Shown: positions 11,990 to 24,880, counted from the first letter of the whole stretch. The stretch: DNA of 61,952 nt, filler included, from Asterionella formosa (GCA_002256025.1; 7 parts of 7 records of this genome joined end to end with filler, not necessarily neighbours in it); one strand, 5' to 3'. The notes: generated by a model not told the origin, from the letters alone. Program-made: numbers and translations.

Positions 11990-12385
11990 GCTACAACGTT
12001 TACATCTTGGATTATTAGTGCATTCACCAATATAACAAGCGAACAGCGAACTGCAGTTAGAGTGGTCAAAATTTATTACAAATTGAGCTAGCGGTAGCGG
12101 AAACAAGTTATTCTTATTTGGCAGGCAGTCACCGATCAGGAAATTTATTATTTCACTTTTTGGCACTATGGTTAGATTGTCCCTGTGGTTTTCCGTTCCT
12201 TCAGCGCTGTCTCGCCTTGGACCTTACTAAATTGGTTGTAGTCATAACTGATGCCTCCGAGCACTTCCCTTGCAAACCATGACAATTATATCCTCCCACA
12301 ACACCATCCCTTCCTAACGATTCAACTCCTGTCGCAATCCGGTTCTCATCCTCACTGCCACTTAATGAGTCTTCAGCGGGGCTTA

Positions 12386-13660
12386 TCAGTAAATTTCTTG
12401 CTTTACCTTTTTGGATGGTGGAGGTTCGTCCTCTTCACTTTCCGTTCCTTCGGTTTCAGCATCAATGACGTCCTCATTGCAGTCATTGACTTTGACCTTT
12501 TTAAATTTGTCGTCGTCATCATTGATATCACCTAACATGGCTAGCTCATCCGGTTCCACAATGTGACCAATATCTTCATCCTCGCCATCGGACGATTCGT
12601 ATTCCTCAGGCACCTCCTCATCCTCGGAATCATCATCATCGTCGTCATTGTCTTCTTCTTCATCATCATCATCGTCATCACTCTCGTCAGGCAAATTGAA
12701 CAGCTGGCTTTTTATCGCTGCCCTCGCTTCTTGAATTCCCTTGCGTTTACTCCGTCGCTTGACTTGACCATTGTCGTCGTCGCCTTTCATGTCATCATTA
12801 TTTTCCTCTTTTACATTGATTGTAGAAACCACTCCATTTATATCCCGTTTCATAGCGGGAATCAAGGTTCCATGAATGTATTCATTCAATACAGAGACTT
12901 CGTCCCTTGAGATACTCGTAAACTCACATGACGCACCATCCAAATCACACACAAGATCCACATATTTCGAATTGTTCGATCCACGGCCACACGAGATGGA
13001 ATGCAATGTAGAACGAGGAAGAAATTTTGGAGGCTTGAAAAACAACAATCCTGATTCCAAGGGATACAATACTCCATCATGTACTCCATGATAACAATGA
13101 ACAAAGGGCATGGCCGCTGTTGTCGTGGACGAGTTCGGTTCGGCAAAGGAGGTAAACTTGTAACTATGGATTTTGGGCAACTTTGGGTGAGGGACAATAT
13201 CAACACTTTCCTTATCCAAATGTAAGACATTGCAAAGAAATTCAATCCAATTTCCCGCGGGGCAAATGTCTGATGGCAACTGGAAACACAATTGTAACTG
13301 AGGCTTGGCTTTAAACTTGACTTCTTCCTTTAACACTACCAATACCATATTTCGTACATCACTTGTCTTGCGACAATCTTCTGGTTTTGGGAAAAATATT
13401 ATACGGTTTACACGCGAATAATGAACTACAAGTCGCTCGTCCTTGTTTGTTTTGCACAGTACCCCATCGGTACAAAAGGTACAAGTGAACTTGGCTCTTG
13501 GTTGCATCATACTGATGTCCGAAGTGTGCAAGGCATTTCCACACTCTTCAACATGATTATGTTCCTCTACATTGGCGGCATCATTCATCATTTTCTCGCA
13601 CAACGTGTCGGAATCGGGCAAGTTGGAGGTGCACTCCAGTAGAAACGATGCTGTTGCCAT
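12386..13660 (-). CDS. Rtt106/SSRP1-type PH-domain histone chaperone with acidic C-terminal tail (about 424 aa)
   Basis: FVHCYHGVHDGVLYPLESGLLFFKPPKFLP...EFTSISRDEVSVLNEYI matches the Rtt106-like PH domain. It has a long D/E tail and an NLS-like PPPSKKVK. The start is placed at ATG 13660; the ORF track extends upstream to a GTG at 13786. Confidence 0.75.
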   Translation of the reverse strand: MATASFLLECTSNLPDSDTLCEKMMNDAANVEEHNHVEECGNALHTSDISMMQPRAKFTCTFCTDGVLCKTNKDERLVVHYSRVNRIIFFPKPEDCRKTSDVRNMVLVVLKEEVKFKAKPQLQLCFQLPSDICPAGNWIEFLCNVLHLDKESVDIVPHPKLPKIHSYKFTSFAEPNSSTTTAAMPFVHCYHGVHDGVLYPLESGLLFFKPPKFLPRSTLHSISCGRGSNNSKYVDLVCDLDGASCEFTSISRDEVSVLNEYIHGTLIPAMKRDINGVVSTINVKEENNDDMKGDDDNGQVKRRSKRKGIQEARAAIKSQLFNLPDESDDDDDDEEEDNDDDDDDSEDEEVPEEYESSDGEDEDIGHIVEPDELAMLGDINDDDDKFKKVKVNDCNEDVIDAETEGTESEEDEPPPSKKVKQEIY

Positions 13661-15159
13661 GGTGTCATTGTTAAAGCGGTAATGGAGCAGGTGACTGGCA
13701 AGGGCCTCGGCAGAGCAACAACTCAGATCCGGTGAAGTCATTTCGATGAGCATGCGGGAGAAGAGAGAAGACTCTGCGAGGACCACGAGGATGGGAGGAT
13801 GCTTGGGTCGAACAGATCAGGTGCCAAATACTTATGTTCTGATCAAATCTCTGTTCTCGCATCCAATCCTGTTAATAACCTCGTCTCGTGCGTTTGTTCT
13901 ACAAATGAGTTTTTTGGCGCGCAAAATTTGAACCAATCAAAATATTAGCATTAATAAACAAATACATATAAACACATACTCGCCGTCACTTCAGATATAA
14001 AGTCGTAGTCGACTAGTATGAGATTCCAGAGGTGCTTATGATTGGGACCAATATATGGATCAGCAGGTTAAGGTATTGACCATTTTAGATAGATCTATAT
14101 CGTTAGACAAAGAAGGCTATAGATAGAGACATTCGTTTTTCTTTCGTTTCTATATTCTTCATGTGAGTAACTAAAACTAGTTTGTTCAGCTTGAATAATC
14201 AAACAAACATATCTCCAAATGCTGTTTGTTTTTCTAGGAACATACATTCATAGAAAGATTCATGTCTATCTCACACTTACTGATCATAGGCTTAAAACCA
14301 TGGATCATTCAATTAAAAACTACCGGTCTTCCGAATATCTTATTGTCTGGCTCATTACTATGATTGGAGTAAAATGGTGGTTGATGAGAGCTTGGTACAT
14401 CAAATGTCGACTCACTCGACTGAGAGTCATAACTACGTACCCAGTAGATGACCTCAGTTTGACATCTGGTACCAGTACCTGTACATACATGGTGGTCCTG
14501 ATAGCACTAGATAAAACGGGAGTGAAACCTAGACAACAACATAAATTTATGAAAGGAAGTGTTGTAGGTATTGATGTCCTTCCTAATCGATGCCAATCCT
14601 TCGAGATGTAGTACTCTAGCAATTGCAGAATCGTCATCCAGACATGCTACTAGAACCAGCTAATAGCCAATGCTACAATACCTCTTTCATCCAAAGCCAC
14701 AACCATTGGCAACAGTACATGCCATAAATGCCTGGGCAGTGTTACCACATTTGAATTTCTGTTGTTACAAGAAGATTCAATTGTATTGATTCTGAATAGT
14801 ATTCTTTTGTTAATCAAATTACACATGACCTCGTCCTCATAAGATAATCATACAGTTGCTGCCGTTAGCCACGATGCTGTGTCTACTACATATGAATTCA
14901 TTGAACACATGACAAACGCTGCTGTAAATTTCGGGGATTGACTACTAGCTACTGGCTGGCAAGGTCAATTGCGAAGGTTCTCAAAGTTGCATTCAATTCA
15001 AACAAACTAGTCGAGGGACAGAATAAATAAACAAAATGAATGTTTAGTATTAGGCATGATAATTGAGAAATAAAAATACAAAAATGAGAATAGCCAAAGC
15101 GCGTCAATCAGTGATGCTCTGGACTACGAATAAAATTCGAAAATGGTTGACCCTGCCCA

Positions 15160-15975
15160 TTACCACGCTTCGTCTCCTTGACGATTTGCTTCGTGAAGGG
15201 CCGTCTTTAAGCCAAATTTACGTTCCAATAGCGGCTTAACATCTGGCTCGTCTTCCAATTCTCGTAACAAATCCAAGACAGCCAACAGTGTTTTGTCGGA
15301 ATCATCACTGTAATAGGACTGCACCAAAATGCCATTTTCTGGATTGGCCAAAAAGGAAAGTGGATTATTGTCCACTAACACCACCCGATCCAGATTCGGC
15401 TTGTTCAAAATATTCAAATCTTTGACATAGGCGTTGTCTCGAAAGACGCACGACTCTCGGTACCATCGACCTGCCAGCTGATCGGACGGATCCAAGTAAT
15501 CCAACACGGGCTTGGCATACACAGACATGGCAGCCGTGAAGATGTGTGTTTCGTAACGCTGTGTGACTTGTTCTAGAAAGTCTGTCAAGAAGGGACGCGG
15601 ATGAACGTGCACAACGTCACCATCCGGGAGTGTAATGTGGAATGAGTCGACATTACGCTTGTTGTTCCATTCCTTGTTGACGTCTGCAACTTGATACGCA
15701 AGTTTCGACGCCTGATGCGATAGGAATCGCGAATGCAGTAAACACTCGTCCATATCCAGGACTACCACGAGATCGGATTCATAGCGCGGTTCCACTTGTG
15801 GTGCTAATGACGCTGTCGCTCGTTGCCCCACCAAGAGGTTCCTGGGCGACGATGTTGCTATTGAAGTTGTGGTCCGCAACAGTTGTTGTCGTCCAATGGC
15901 ACTATGCTTCTGTGCGCATATCCTGCTGACACGCAGTACAGTCCCGTAATTCATGATCATCATGGTGGATTTCAT
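15160..15975 (-). CDS. FCP1/SCP-family (NLI-interacting factor, HAD) CTD small-phosphatase-like protein
   Basis: Motifs VVVLDMDECLLHS, RPFLTDFL, HIFTAAMSVYAKPVLDYLD, WYRESC, YVKDL and VLVDNNPLSF..NPENGI. Confidence 0.92.
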   Translation of the reverse strand: MKSTMMIMNYGTVLRVSRICAQKHSAIGRQQLLRTTTSIATSSPRNLLVGQRATASLAPQVEPRYESDLVVVLDMDECLLHSRFLSHQASKLAYQVADVNKEWNNKRNVDSFHITLPDGDVVHVHPRPFLTDFLEQVTQRYETHIFTAAMSVYAKPVLDYLDPSDQLAGRWYRESCVFRDNAYVKDLNILNKPNLDRVVLVDNNPLSFLANPENGILVQSYYSDDSDKTLLAVLDLLRELEDEPDVKPLLERKFGLKTALHEANRQGDEAW

Positions 15976-17391
15976 GGCAAGGAAATGAAGTAACTAAATT
16001 AGCGTTCTCGTATCTGATCAACGGGCAGCAAAAACAGAAATAACGGCAACTGTTTTGAGAATATGTCCTGTAAGTTTTCGACTTCTATATTGGCTTCGTC
16101 CCTGCGTCTTCTTGCTCCTCGCTGATGACGAATAGCTTAGATTGTCTGTCTGGATGATTCCTTTGCAATGTGGGGAACAGTGTTTTCTCACAGGGTGATA
16201 GTGGATTCACTGATGATTTGTGTTGTTCTGTCCTTGCGTTTATTTAATGCACTCTCCACTCGCTTCAGTTGACTCTGGTTGCATGGCTACGGCACGGAGT
16301 ACGACGTCCAGGTACCACCTCGATACACCAGAGTAGTACATTTTTGTTCAAAATCGTTCATGTACGACAGCTGAGCGATGCATACATAGAGCAACATTCG
16401 GATTCGATACTCCATAGAAACAAACAGCATGAAGTCTACAGGATGCACCTACAGTACTATTATATACTGAGTACCGGTAAATGTATCAGCTTTTTTAACA
16501 CTGTTCAACATGATTGTATCCTCGTCGGTGCATGTACCGGTATGTAGGAAACTGATCTAGGGATCGCCGAGTCTTGTACATAGGATCAGTGCTGCTGAGC
16601 CACTAGGAATCGGATAAAACATCAGTTGGCGTCACCAAATCAAACGATGATTGGTCCACAAACAAGAATGCAAGTTCAAAAATGTTCGAATTTAACGTCT
16701 GTGACAGTTACGACCTGCACACTATCGGTATGTGTTGTCAAATCATTCCAGGCAGGAGGACAACAGAGGTATGATGTGCACGTAGCTACGCATGTCCTCA
16801 TTTCGAAGCTACTGCATAATTCAGTGTCTTTGAGTGGTTCCCTGTGTTCCCTGCTACCTTTGAACTTCATCTTCGAATTTTTCGGCTAGACTGACTTAGC
16901 TCCCATGGTCGCTATCTCAATCTCAGCCGACCGTAAGTCTGTTCCTTCTGGGTTTCGAGTGCGCGCTTTGTGCACACTTCCTCTTTTTTCCCTCCTCTAT
17001 TATAAAAAAATGATTATCTCGAAGGATGTAGCACCTGGTACTTGGTCCCTGCTACTGGAATCTGGTACCAGGAATCCACTAAGGCCATTGCTAAAGGTGG
17101 ACCAAAATGCCAACCAATCAGTGTTTTGTTTTTGGCAACCCCAAAAAACGATGCTACCAGGAGTGAAAAACCCAATGCAAACGATTCCGTGCCCATATCC
17201 CAATAAGTTACCCAGATGCCTTATGTTTAGGTTTTTTTCCAAAGTTACCTAAATGTTGGATTCCATATTGACTACTTTGAATGTAGTCACTAGAAACCCA
17301 GTTATTATCATTGTAGAATCACTACATATAGGATGCATCATATGTGATATATATAACAACAAAAGCTATACTGTACTCTGGCAAAAGGGTA

Positions 17392-17655
17392 CTCCTTCTG
17401 TCCAACATCATTTGCATCGATAATTCAAATTTATCCGGGACCATTTTGACTCCTACGATTTTCTCCGGCTCAATCGCCCTATTGTGCGGCTTGCTCTAAG
17501 CTACAGAATTATGTATATATTATGTAAAGAAAGATTAAAATTGGCAACTACGTTTCAAAAAACGTTTTGGGGATTTTTCGATTTTCACTTGTAGCTACTA
17601 TCTCGAGCAAAATACAGATTCGGAGGACCCATTTTTCTTCGAACCATCTATTCTC
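17392..17655 (-). mobile_element. End of a Stowaway/mariner-like element, truncated by the contig end
   Basis: It begins TA-CTCCTTCTGTCC (17390-17403), similar to the TIR at 1043. The body is homologous to 6757-6990. Confidence 0.55.
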
Positions 17656-17755
17656 NNNNNNNNNNNNNNNNNNNNNNNNNNNNNNNNNNNNNNNNNNNNT
17701 TAATTAATTAANNNNNNNNNNNNNNNNNNNNNNNNNNNNNNNNNNNNNNNNNNNN
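17656..17755. other. Artificial contig spacer N44-TTAATTAATTAA-N44
   Basis: Linker at 17700-17711. Confidence 0.97.
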
Positions 17756-18140
17756 GAGCACTCCCGGTCTACGTTTACATGTTGTGCATATTTGAATTTT
17801 GTGTCAAGAAGAGATGCATTTATCCACGTACATTCTTTGAAGCATCACAATAATAGGTTCACCTATTGAGGCTTCTCGTATTGAGGTTCACCTCTGGTTT
17901 TACAAGATATTCTCATAATTTTCTGTTTGATGATGTATGCGATATGTATACCGGTATACCGGTAGACAGTCTTCTTCATCCATACACATTATAATCGCCG
18001 GCCGTTCCTCTCCTTTTCATGTGACCGGTAATTAAGACCAACCATTTTTAAACATATTTCCATGTTCACATATGAGGCGGTAAATCTTAATTCATTGGAG
18101 ATCACAAAAGAAAGTCAGAAGATAACAACAGTAATAGAGC

Positions 18141-19286
18141 ATGCCCATGAAGGCCCTCCGCCACTTGCTGTTGCCTCGTCGCCTTCGTCTGAATGCTGAA
18201 AAAGGTTCAGAGAGGGAGGTTGACCTCGGTCCTTTCCCTTCATGCGACAACGGTGACGCAGCTCTAACAGCTGAGGAGGAGGAAACTTTCATCAGGAATT
18301 ACATGATGTTGACAAGGAATACAAGCAGTTGCATACCCAATGAACATGAACGTTTAAAAGTATCAGAAGGGGGCTGGTTTTGTAACGACGATGGTACCTC
18401 GTCACAGGGGCCAAGAACTTGCACTTCTCCAATACTGGATACCACCAAGACTTGCGAAACTGTCAATCAAGACATGGAGCGACGATTTTCGCAAAGCAAG
18501 ACTCTCTTGCGCCTTCCTTCATCGGTTCCCAGAAGGAGGAACACTCCCCCACTTGCCATGCACCGATCATCCACTTCGGATTCAATGTCCTCGAAAAGTA
18601 GTATAAACACATCGCAAATTTCGCTAACCCAGGATGCTGTGACTGACGTAACGGTCGCATTACAAAAAATGCAAGAACAACTTCAAAGCTCTGTCAAACA
18701 TGGTAAACGCGTCTCGAAAGGGCAAGTATTGGGGGCATTGCTCTTGGTGGTGGGTAAGTTGGATATTGAAGACGATTGTTGCAACGAATCAATGCAGCCA
18801 TCTCTGGAAGGAACCATTTTTGGAACCACCGATTCGAAAACCACAAAAATTACTGTCAACAACAACCGTAACCAACTTACACTGGAAGAAGAGCTGAGTA
18901 TCAAAGCGGATGATTTGTCTTCGGGAGGAACGAGTTGGTCGCTGTCATGGACTGATACCTTTGACGATGACGGCAGCAGTTACTCGTCCGTTGTCTCAGA
19001 AAGCGCTAGCTTATCTCCATTCATCGAATGCTGTGCCAAGGACATACCTGATCGATACGATGCATACAAAGCTTCCACCTTGTATTCCTCGATACTCAAT
19101 TGGAGAAAGGAATCCAATGGAACACCAACTAATAGTCGATACTCGCCATCGTTGGACCAAGAAGGTTGGAATGCCTTATTCAAGGATTTAGTTCTTTATC
19201 CATTTGCATTCTTGGCTCCCACATTTCCTCATCAACTAAACAATTCTTGTCAACCAATGAAAATAACGAAACCGCAAGTGTCGTAG
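18141..19286 (+). CDS. Hypothetical Ser/Thr-rich low-complexity protein (381 aa), possibly the surviving 5' part of a longer decayed gene
   Basis: Long ATG-initiated ORF with no recognisable domain. Downstream sequence reads as coding in another frame with many TGA/TAG/TAA stops. Confidence 0.5.
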   Translation: MPMKALRHLLLPRRLRLNAEKGSEREVDLGPFPSCDNGDAALTAEEEETFIRNYMMLTRNTSSCIPNEHERLKVSEGGWFCNDDGTSSQGPRTCTSPILDTTKTCETVNQDMERRFSQSKTLLRLPSSVPRRRNTPPLAMHRSSTSDSMSSKSSINTSQISLTQDAVTDVTVALQKMQEQLQSSVKHGKRVSKGQVLGALLLVVGKLDIEDDCCNESMQPSLEGTIFGTTDSKTTKITVNNNRNQLTLEEELSIKADDLSSGGTSWSLSWTDTFDDDGSSYSSVVSESASLSPFIECCAKDIPDRYDAYKASTLYSSILNWRKESNGTPTNSRYSPSLDQEGWNALFKDLVLYPFAFLAPTFPHQLNNSCQPMKITKPQVS

Positions 19287-21589
19287 TTACAATCTCCATG
19301 GCGACAACGACCCAGGGGTGAGAGGATGCCACTATCACCAACAAGGAAGGATGAAACGTCAACAGATGATGGATGTGGCACTTTGTTTCATAACCCAGTG
19401 TCACCATTTGTTTGCATGGCTTCCAAAGCATCACCTCAGGTGAAGGAACAAGCAAAGCATAGGTCGCAAGAGGTGTCCAAGTAATTTGATACTCCAGGAG
19501 TGTTGTTGGTGAATGAGGTTCCCATGCCTCAATGGCCTTGTTTGAAGCAGATTTTGTTGAAAAAGGGCTTTTATAGTTTTTCGTTGTCAAGAAGAAATTC
19601 GAAGGAGTCCATCTATCTGGAATCAGACCAGTCATTAAGTCCCTGCTCTGTTGATAGAACAACACAGCTGGAACCTTCTGGAGGACCATCTGATCCAAAT
19701 ATGCAAGCAGTGCAGCAGCATCAAACAAAACCGGAAACAATAAAGTGAATTTCGATATAGCAAGTACACATGAGAAGGCCAGCAATGAAAAAAAGTATAT
19801 TTGCTGATCCTTGTGTGCTGTTGAGACCACGCTAGTACCATCCGAAGACAACGATGAGTCACTCCTTCAACTGGTTGACTTGAATAGACTAAGAAACAAG
19901 AATTTGGGATGGGACAACAACCAGAATCAAAAAAGTTGGTACAGGCGGATTGCAACCAAGTTCCACATCTCTATCAAAGTCACTGCAATATATGATGAGA
20001 GGTGAACACTGCAATTGACATACCTTGAGAGCACTACAATTATTTCGGAAGAGGAAGGAGGATGGAGAATGGTCAACACCCCGAAAATGGCATATTCATA
20101 CAAAGTATTAGACTACTCTCCCCAAAGAAACTGTGGCCTTCATTTCTAAAGTAATCGGCTGAGTTTGTCCCATCCAGAATCAATGATTCTTTCACCAATG
20201 TATAAGCTTACTCCACAAATAATTGATGCAGCACCCCAAGATCTGATGAAGCAGAACTTTAAAGAAATAATTCATAGTAGATTCAAGAAATCTNNNNNNN
20301 NNNNNNNNNNNNNNNNNNNNNNNNNNNNNNNNNNNNNNNNNNNNNNNNNNNNNNNNNNNNNNNNNNNNNNNNNNNNNNNNNNNNNNNNNNNNNNNNNNNN
20401 NNNNNNNNNNNNNNNNNNNNNNNNNNNNNNNNNNNNNNNNNNNNNNNNNNNNNNNNNNNNNNNNNNNNNNNNNNNNNNNNNNNNNNNNNNNNNNNNNNNN
20501 NNNNNNNNNNNNNNNNNNNNNNNNNNNNNNNNNNNNNNNNNNNNNNNNNNNNNNNNNNNNNNNNNNNNNNNNNNNNNNNNNNNNNNNNNNNNNNNNNNNN
20601 NNNNNNNNNNNNNNNNNNNNNNNNNNNNNNNNNNNNNNNNNNNNNNNNNNNNNNNNNNNNNNNNNNNNNNNNNNNNNNNNNNNNNNNNNNNNNNNNNNNN
20701 NNNNNNNNNNNNNNNNNNNNNNNNNNNNNNNNNNNNNNNNNNNNNNNNNNNNNNNNNNNNNNNNNNNNNNNNNNNNNNNNNNNNNNNNNNNNNNNNNNNN
20801 NNNNNNNNNNNNNNNNNNNNNNNNNCTTCTGAAATCAATGATCTCCAATGTCCATGTCTTCTTGTTCATAGTAGTAATTGCAAAGACAACTCTGATGCTT
20901 GTATTCATAGCCACAGGTGCAGATGATTTGGTAACCTAGGTTGTGCAAAACAATGAACACATGCACCTGGCATACTCCATTTTCCCCTGCCTCCCCCAAC
21001 TTGATTCATGTCACATGCTTGCAGCCCACCGTCTTTTTCGATTTCCGACATGCATTGGATGCCCAACCCTTTGGGACAATCAGCTCATGGGTATCCATAG
21101 TGAAGTTTCCTCTGGACAAATCCCCCTTATCCACATCACCAGGGACTTCTTTACCCCTCTAGACCCCCCTTCATGTTCCCACAGTCAAGGCCAGGGACAA
21201 AGCACGCATCAATTGGGCTCAAACTGGGGGGGGGGGGGCAGGCAAATTTAGTGTTCCCTTGTTACTGCCGCCAAAACGCCAATGTCCCCCCCCAGCAGAT
21301 CTGATGTGGTCAAAATAACTTATGACTGAAATTTTTTCCCAAAAACCAATCTTGGCAATTCCTTGCCACTTCGGAAACTTGAGTTTTCCGGGTTTTGATT
21401 TCCCGAATCTCAATTTTTTTCAGCCAGTCATGTTGGGAAATTCGTCGATTTCCCGAAAAGGGCAATTTTTGTCAGAAACTTTAGTCATGTTCAGGAAATT
21501 GATTTCACACCCAAAGCACTAGATAGAATAACATTAATAACAAAAATTTGACTAGACCGACTATTCATTTATATGTTATAACGAGTATA

Positions 21590-23230
21590 TGATTGCAATC
21601 AACAATCGCTCACTCATCCATCAAAGCCAACTTGTCCTCTTTGCTGTCCTCCCAGAGGGATTCTAATGATAGTTTTTGGCAAGATATTGTCTACAACGTT
21701 TATGATGTTGTAGTCAATAAGGTGTTGGACTTGATTGCTGAGGATAGCTCAGAAGATGAAGAAAAGACATCGGTGCTGACTGATGTTCCAAAGAAGAGGG
21801 CAAGGCATCAGTTTGGTCCTGAATCATCGAAGAGGTCATATTTCTAATCTCAATGCATTGTCAAGGCCAACGAATGCATCGACAGGAAATCTACGGTAAG
21901 CATATGGAACCTACTTTCAAGGCTACTAGGTGCAGTTCTCAGGAACAGATTTCGGGTCCCCTATGCACAAAGTCTTTGATTGCCTCTGCATGGAATATTC
22001 AAGTGAAGCTGATACCAGGCTTAAGAGTGATAATAAGGGAAAAGAGTCGTATGATTGTCAAATCCTTGTCTTAGCTACAATGCGAGTTCTGGCTTGGGAT
22101 GCACCTTTTGATTCATTTGATGAACTCACTGGAATCAGCAGAGAAAAACCCGGATTTGTTTTAATGTATTTGTTGAGTGGGTGACCTTGCAACAGAACAA
22201 ATGGATAGTATTTCCTGAATCAGTTGATTCCATTAAACATATTCAGGACCACTATCACACCATTGGATTCCCTGGTTGCATTGGATCTATTGATTGTGTT
22301 CATTTCTTTCGGAATTGCTATCCTTCTGGACTATTCACTCAATGAAAGGGAAAAGAGAAGACAACAACGCTTGCTTTTCAAGTCATTGTTTCACATACAA
22401 GCAAAGAAAGTTCTATCTGTTTCAAATGTCCATTTTGGTTGTGATAATAACAAAACCATAGCATGATTCGATGTCACAATCACAAACTTACGAAATCAGG
22501 CAAGAATTTGGAGTAACAGTGTCTGGGAGTACTATAAACATGATGGAAGCAACTGTTGGAATTGAGAAGGGTTTCTATTTTATTTGTGATGGAGGATATC
22601 TCCCTACAAGGATCAGCTCGATGATTCCGCTGAAGGGATTTGGAGAGATCATCTGGAATCGGCAAGAAAAGATAGATGTGGAATCATGTTTCTTTGGCAT
22701 TCTTGAGAAGAGGTTCATGATCCTCAAGAATCCAATGCGGCTACACAACAGTGAGCAAATTAGGAATGTNNNNNNNNNNNNNNNNNNNNNNNNNNNNNNN
22801 NNNNNNNNNNNNNNNNNNNNNNNNNNNNNNNNNNNNNNNNNNNNNNNNNNNNNNNNNNNNNNNNNNNNNNNNNNNNNNNNNNNNNNNNNNNNNNNNNNNN
22901 NNNNNNNNNNNNNNNNNNNNNNNNNNNNNNNNNNNNNNNNNNNNNNNNTGTTGAAAATGCATTTGATGGAGTGAATGATGAAGATGATCTCCCAAGAGGA
23001 ACAAATGAGGGTGGATCTGACAGATAACCAAGACATGAGCATTGCATGGCTCAAGCTTTAGAAAACAATAATACAGAGTTTGCTGTTGGCAATGATTTTG
23101 ATGTTGATAATGTGAACGATACTATTGATGCTCCAACTGCAAGTGAAAAGCAAGCATACATAAATAGTAGGAGAGTTAATTTAATTCATCATTAGAGACA
23201 GGCCATCGAAAGAAATGGCTTGTCTGTGAC
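21590..23230 (+). mobile_element. PIF/Harbinger transposase pseudogene (Plant_tran/DDE_Tnp_4 type)
   Basis: Across frameshifts it reads ILVLATMRVLAWDAPFDSFDELTGISRE, GFPGCIGSIDCVH, KGKEKTTTLAFQVIVSH, FGCDNNKTIA, YFICDGGY and DVESCFFGILEKRFMILKNP, which are the Harbinger DDE motifs in order. Internal N gap at 22770-22948. Confidence 0.88.
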
Positions 23231-24880
23231 TAATTAAATAAATAATAACTAAATCATTCACAAACACTCCCAGTCTTTTTATTTTACTCCTCATCAGATG
23301 ACAATTTTCTGTCATCAGGAGAGCATTAAACATCAGCATCCAATGGTTTGTTGATGAAAGATAATTCATCTGAGTGGCTGGTACTGGAAATGCTATTGTT
23401 TTCCACGTCGCAAGCAGTTCCATTCCAGTACTACTTGGAACAGCTGCAGGAAAAACATTTGCAATGTGATTCTTCTTCATTTGATTTGTCTAAGGGTTTG
23501 AATGCACCCACTCTCTGGTGGAACTCTGTCTCTATTTGCTTTCAAATGTCCTCAAGTTTGTCAGTTTGCGAGATGAAGTTGAGTTACAAGACTCGAAAAT
23601 AATTTTAAGACGAAAAGCTTAAATGAACTTCTTTTCTCTATCATGGAGAAGCTTGTTGCATGCTTCGATTTGATCTGCAAGCCTCGCTCCTTAAGTAGCA
23701 AGGATATCCATTGGTTCTTGGAAAGGCTGTTGATGATTTGTAATGTGAGTAAATTATATCAATGTAAATGACAATGACAGTGAATGTACAAATAATATCG
23801 CCACGCCAATACGCCGTCGCTTGTAGAGTAGCTGTGTCAGAATCCATGGGCGCGCCAGAATGTTAATAAATCAAGAAGTCAGCATGCATAGAAAGATCCA
23901 AAAGGTTGGTTGTTGATGATACAACATCATCATCAACAGAATCATCAATAGAATATTGAGGCTTTGCCAACAGCAATAGAACTCTCAATCTTCACCATTG
24001 TCAGTTTAACCATCTGACTGAATTCTGGTGCAGTAAGGAACAGCGTTTTCCAAAAAGTTTCTAACAACCCCAAAATTTCATTCCTTTGAGGTAGGAAACA
24101 ACTTTTTTGGTGTCGGAGAATCCCTGCTGGGTTCGAATTCCTCGGGAATTGAAATATCTAGCAAATTTCCCAAATAAAGGATGCTTGGCCTAACAACAGA
24201 CGCATGTCGTCGTTGTCAGGCATGTATAGTACTAGGACAAAGTATCCTGACTTTTGAGCAGAAACAACAATTGTGTTAAGGGCCCCCAACTGTCCAATTC
24301 CTTCCCGACCATGAATTTAAATTCGACTAGACTTGTTCTCTCTGACCATGCAAGCAGCTTCCCACATACATTGTTGGAGCATTATGCACTTGGCAGTGTT
24401 GTGAGCAGATAGTCACTATTCTTCCACCACGCAACCAGTTTTGTTGGCAATTAAATGAGCTGCAATAATGATAACTGCTGTTGATCCCTCCTCCAAAAAT
24501 TGGGTTTCAGTTGTTGCTGTTAGAGATAAAAGTGTCTTTGTTGATTTTTTTAATTATATGGCATAAATCAAATTTTTAAATTTAGTGTTGCTTAATGCTG
24601 TATCTGCAGGGATACACACAGATAAACATTTTGGGACAACAAATAATGTGTTTCTGGAAGTAACATACCACCCGGATGTTGGAGATACAAAAAATTGGGC
24701 CAAGCAACACTTTTTAAAATTTTTGTATTTCTGTTAAGACCTGCCCTTAGCTATAAGAAGATGGCACCAGTGCTGGAACAGGCACAATAATATATCAGTA
24801 GACTAGCTCCTTATCCACCTTTTCACCTGCTGGTACAGTGTAGCAGATGTTGGGTGCACTCCGAGATTTGGCAGGAAAAT

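Noticed and set aside
6757..17655. Large inverted repeat apparently enclosing Nup133, the chaperone and the phosphatase as a composite transposon
   Set aside because: The two copies lie on different contigs, so their relative orientation is arbitrary.
19180..19851. 223-aa minus-strand ORF
   Set aside because: It is the mirror of a decayed plus-strand frame, overlaps the 18141 ORF and has no recognisable domain.
20165..23054. Long ORFs spanning N runs (also 57181-57936)
   Set aside because: Their length comes from translated Ns.
24110..24150. GGTTCGAATTCC resembling a tRNA T-loop/B-box
   Set aside because: No cloverleaf, D-arm or acceptor stem can be formed around it.
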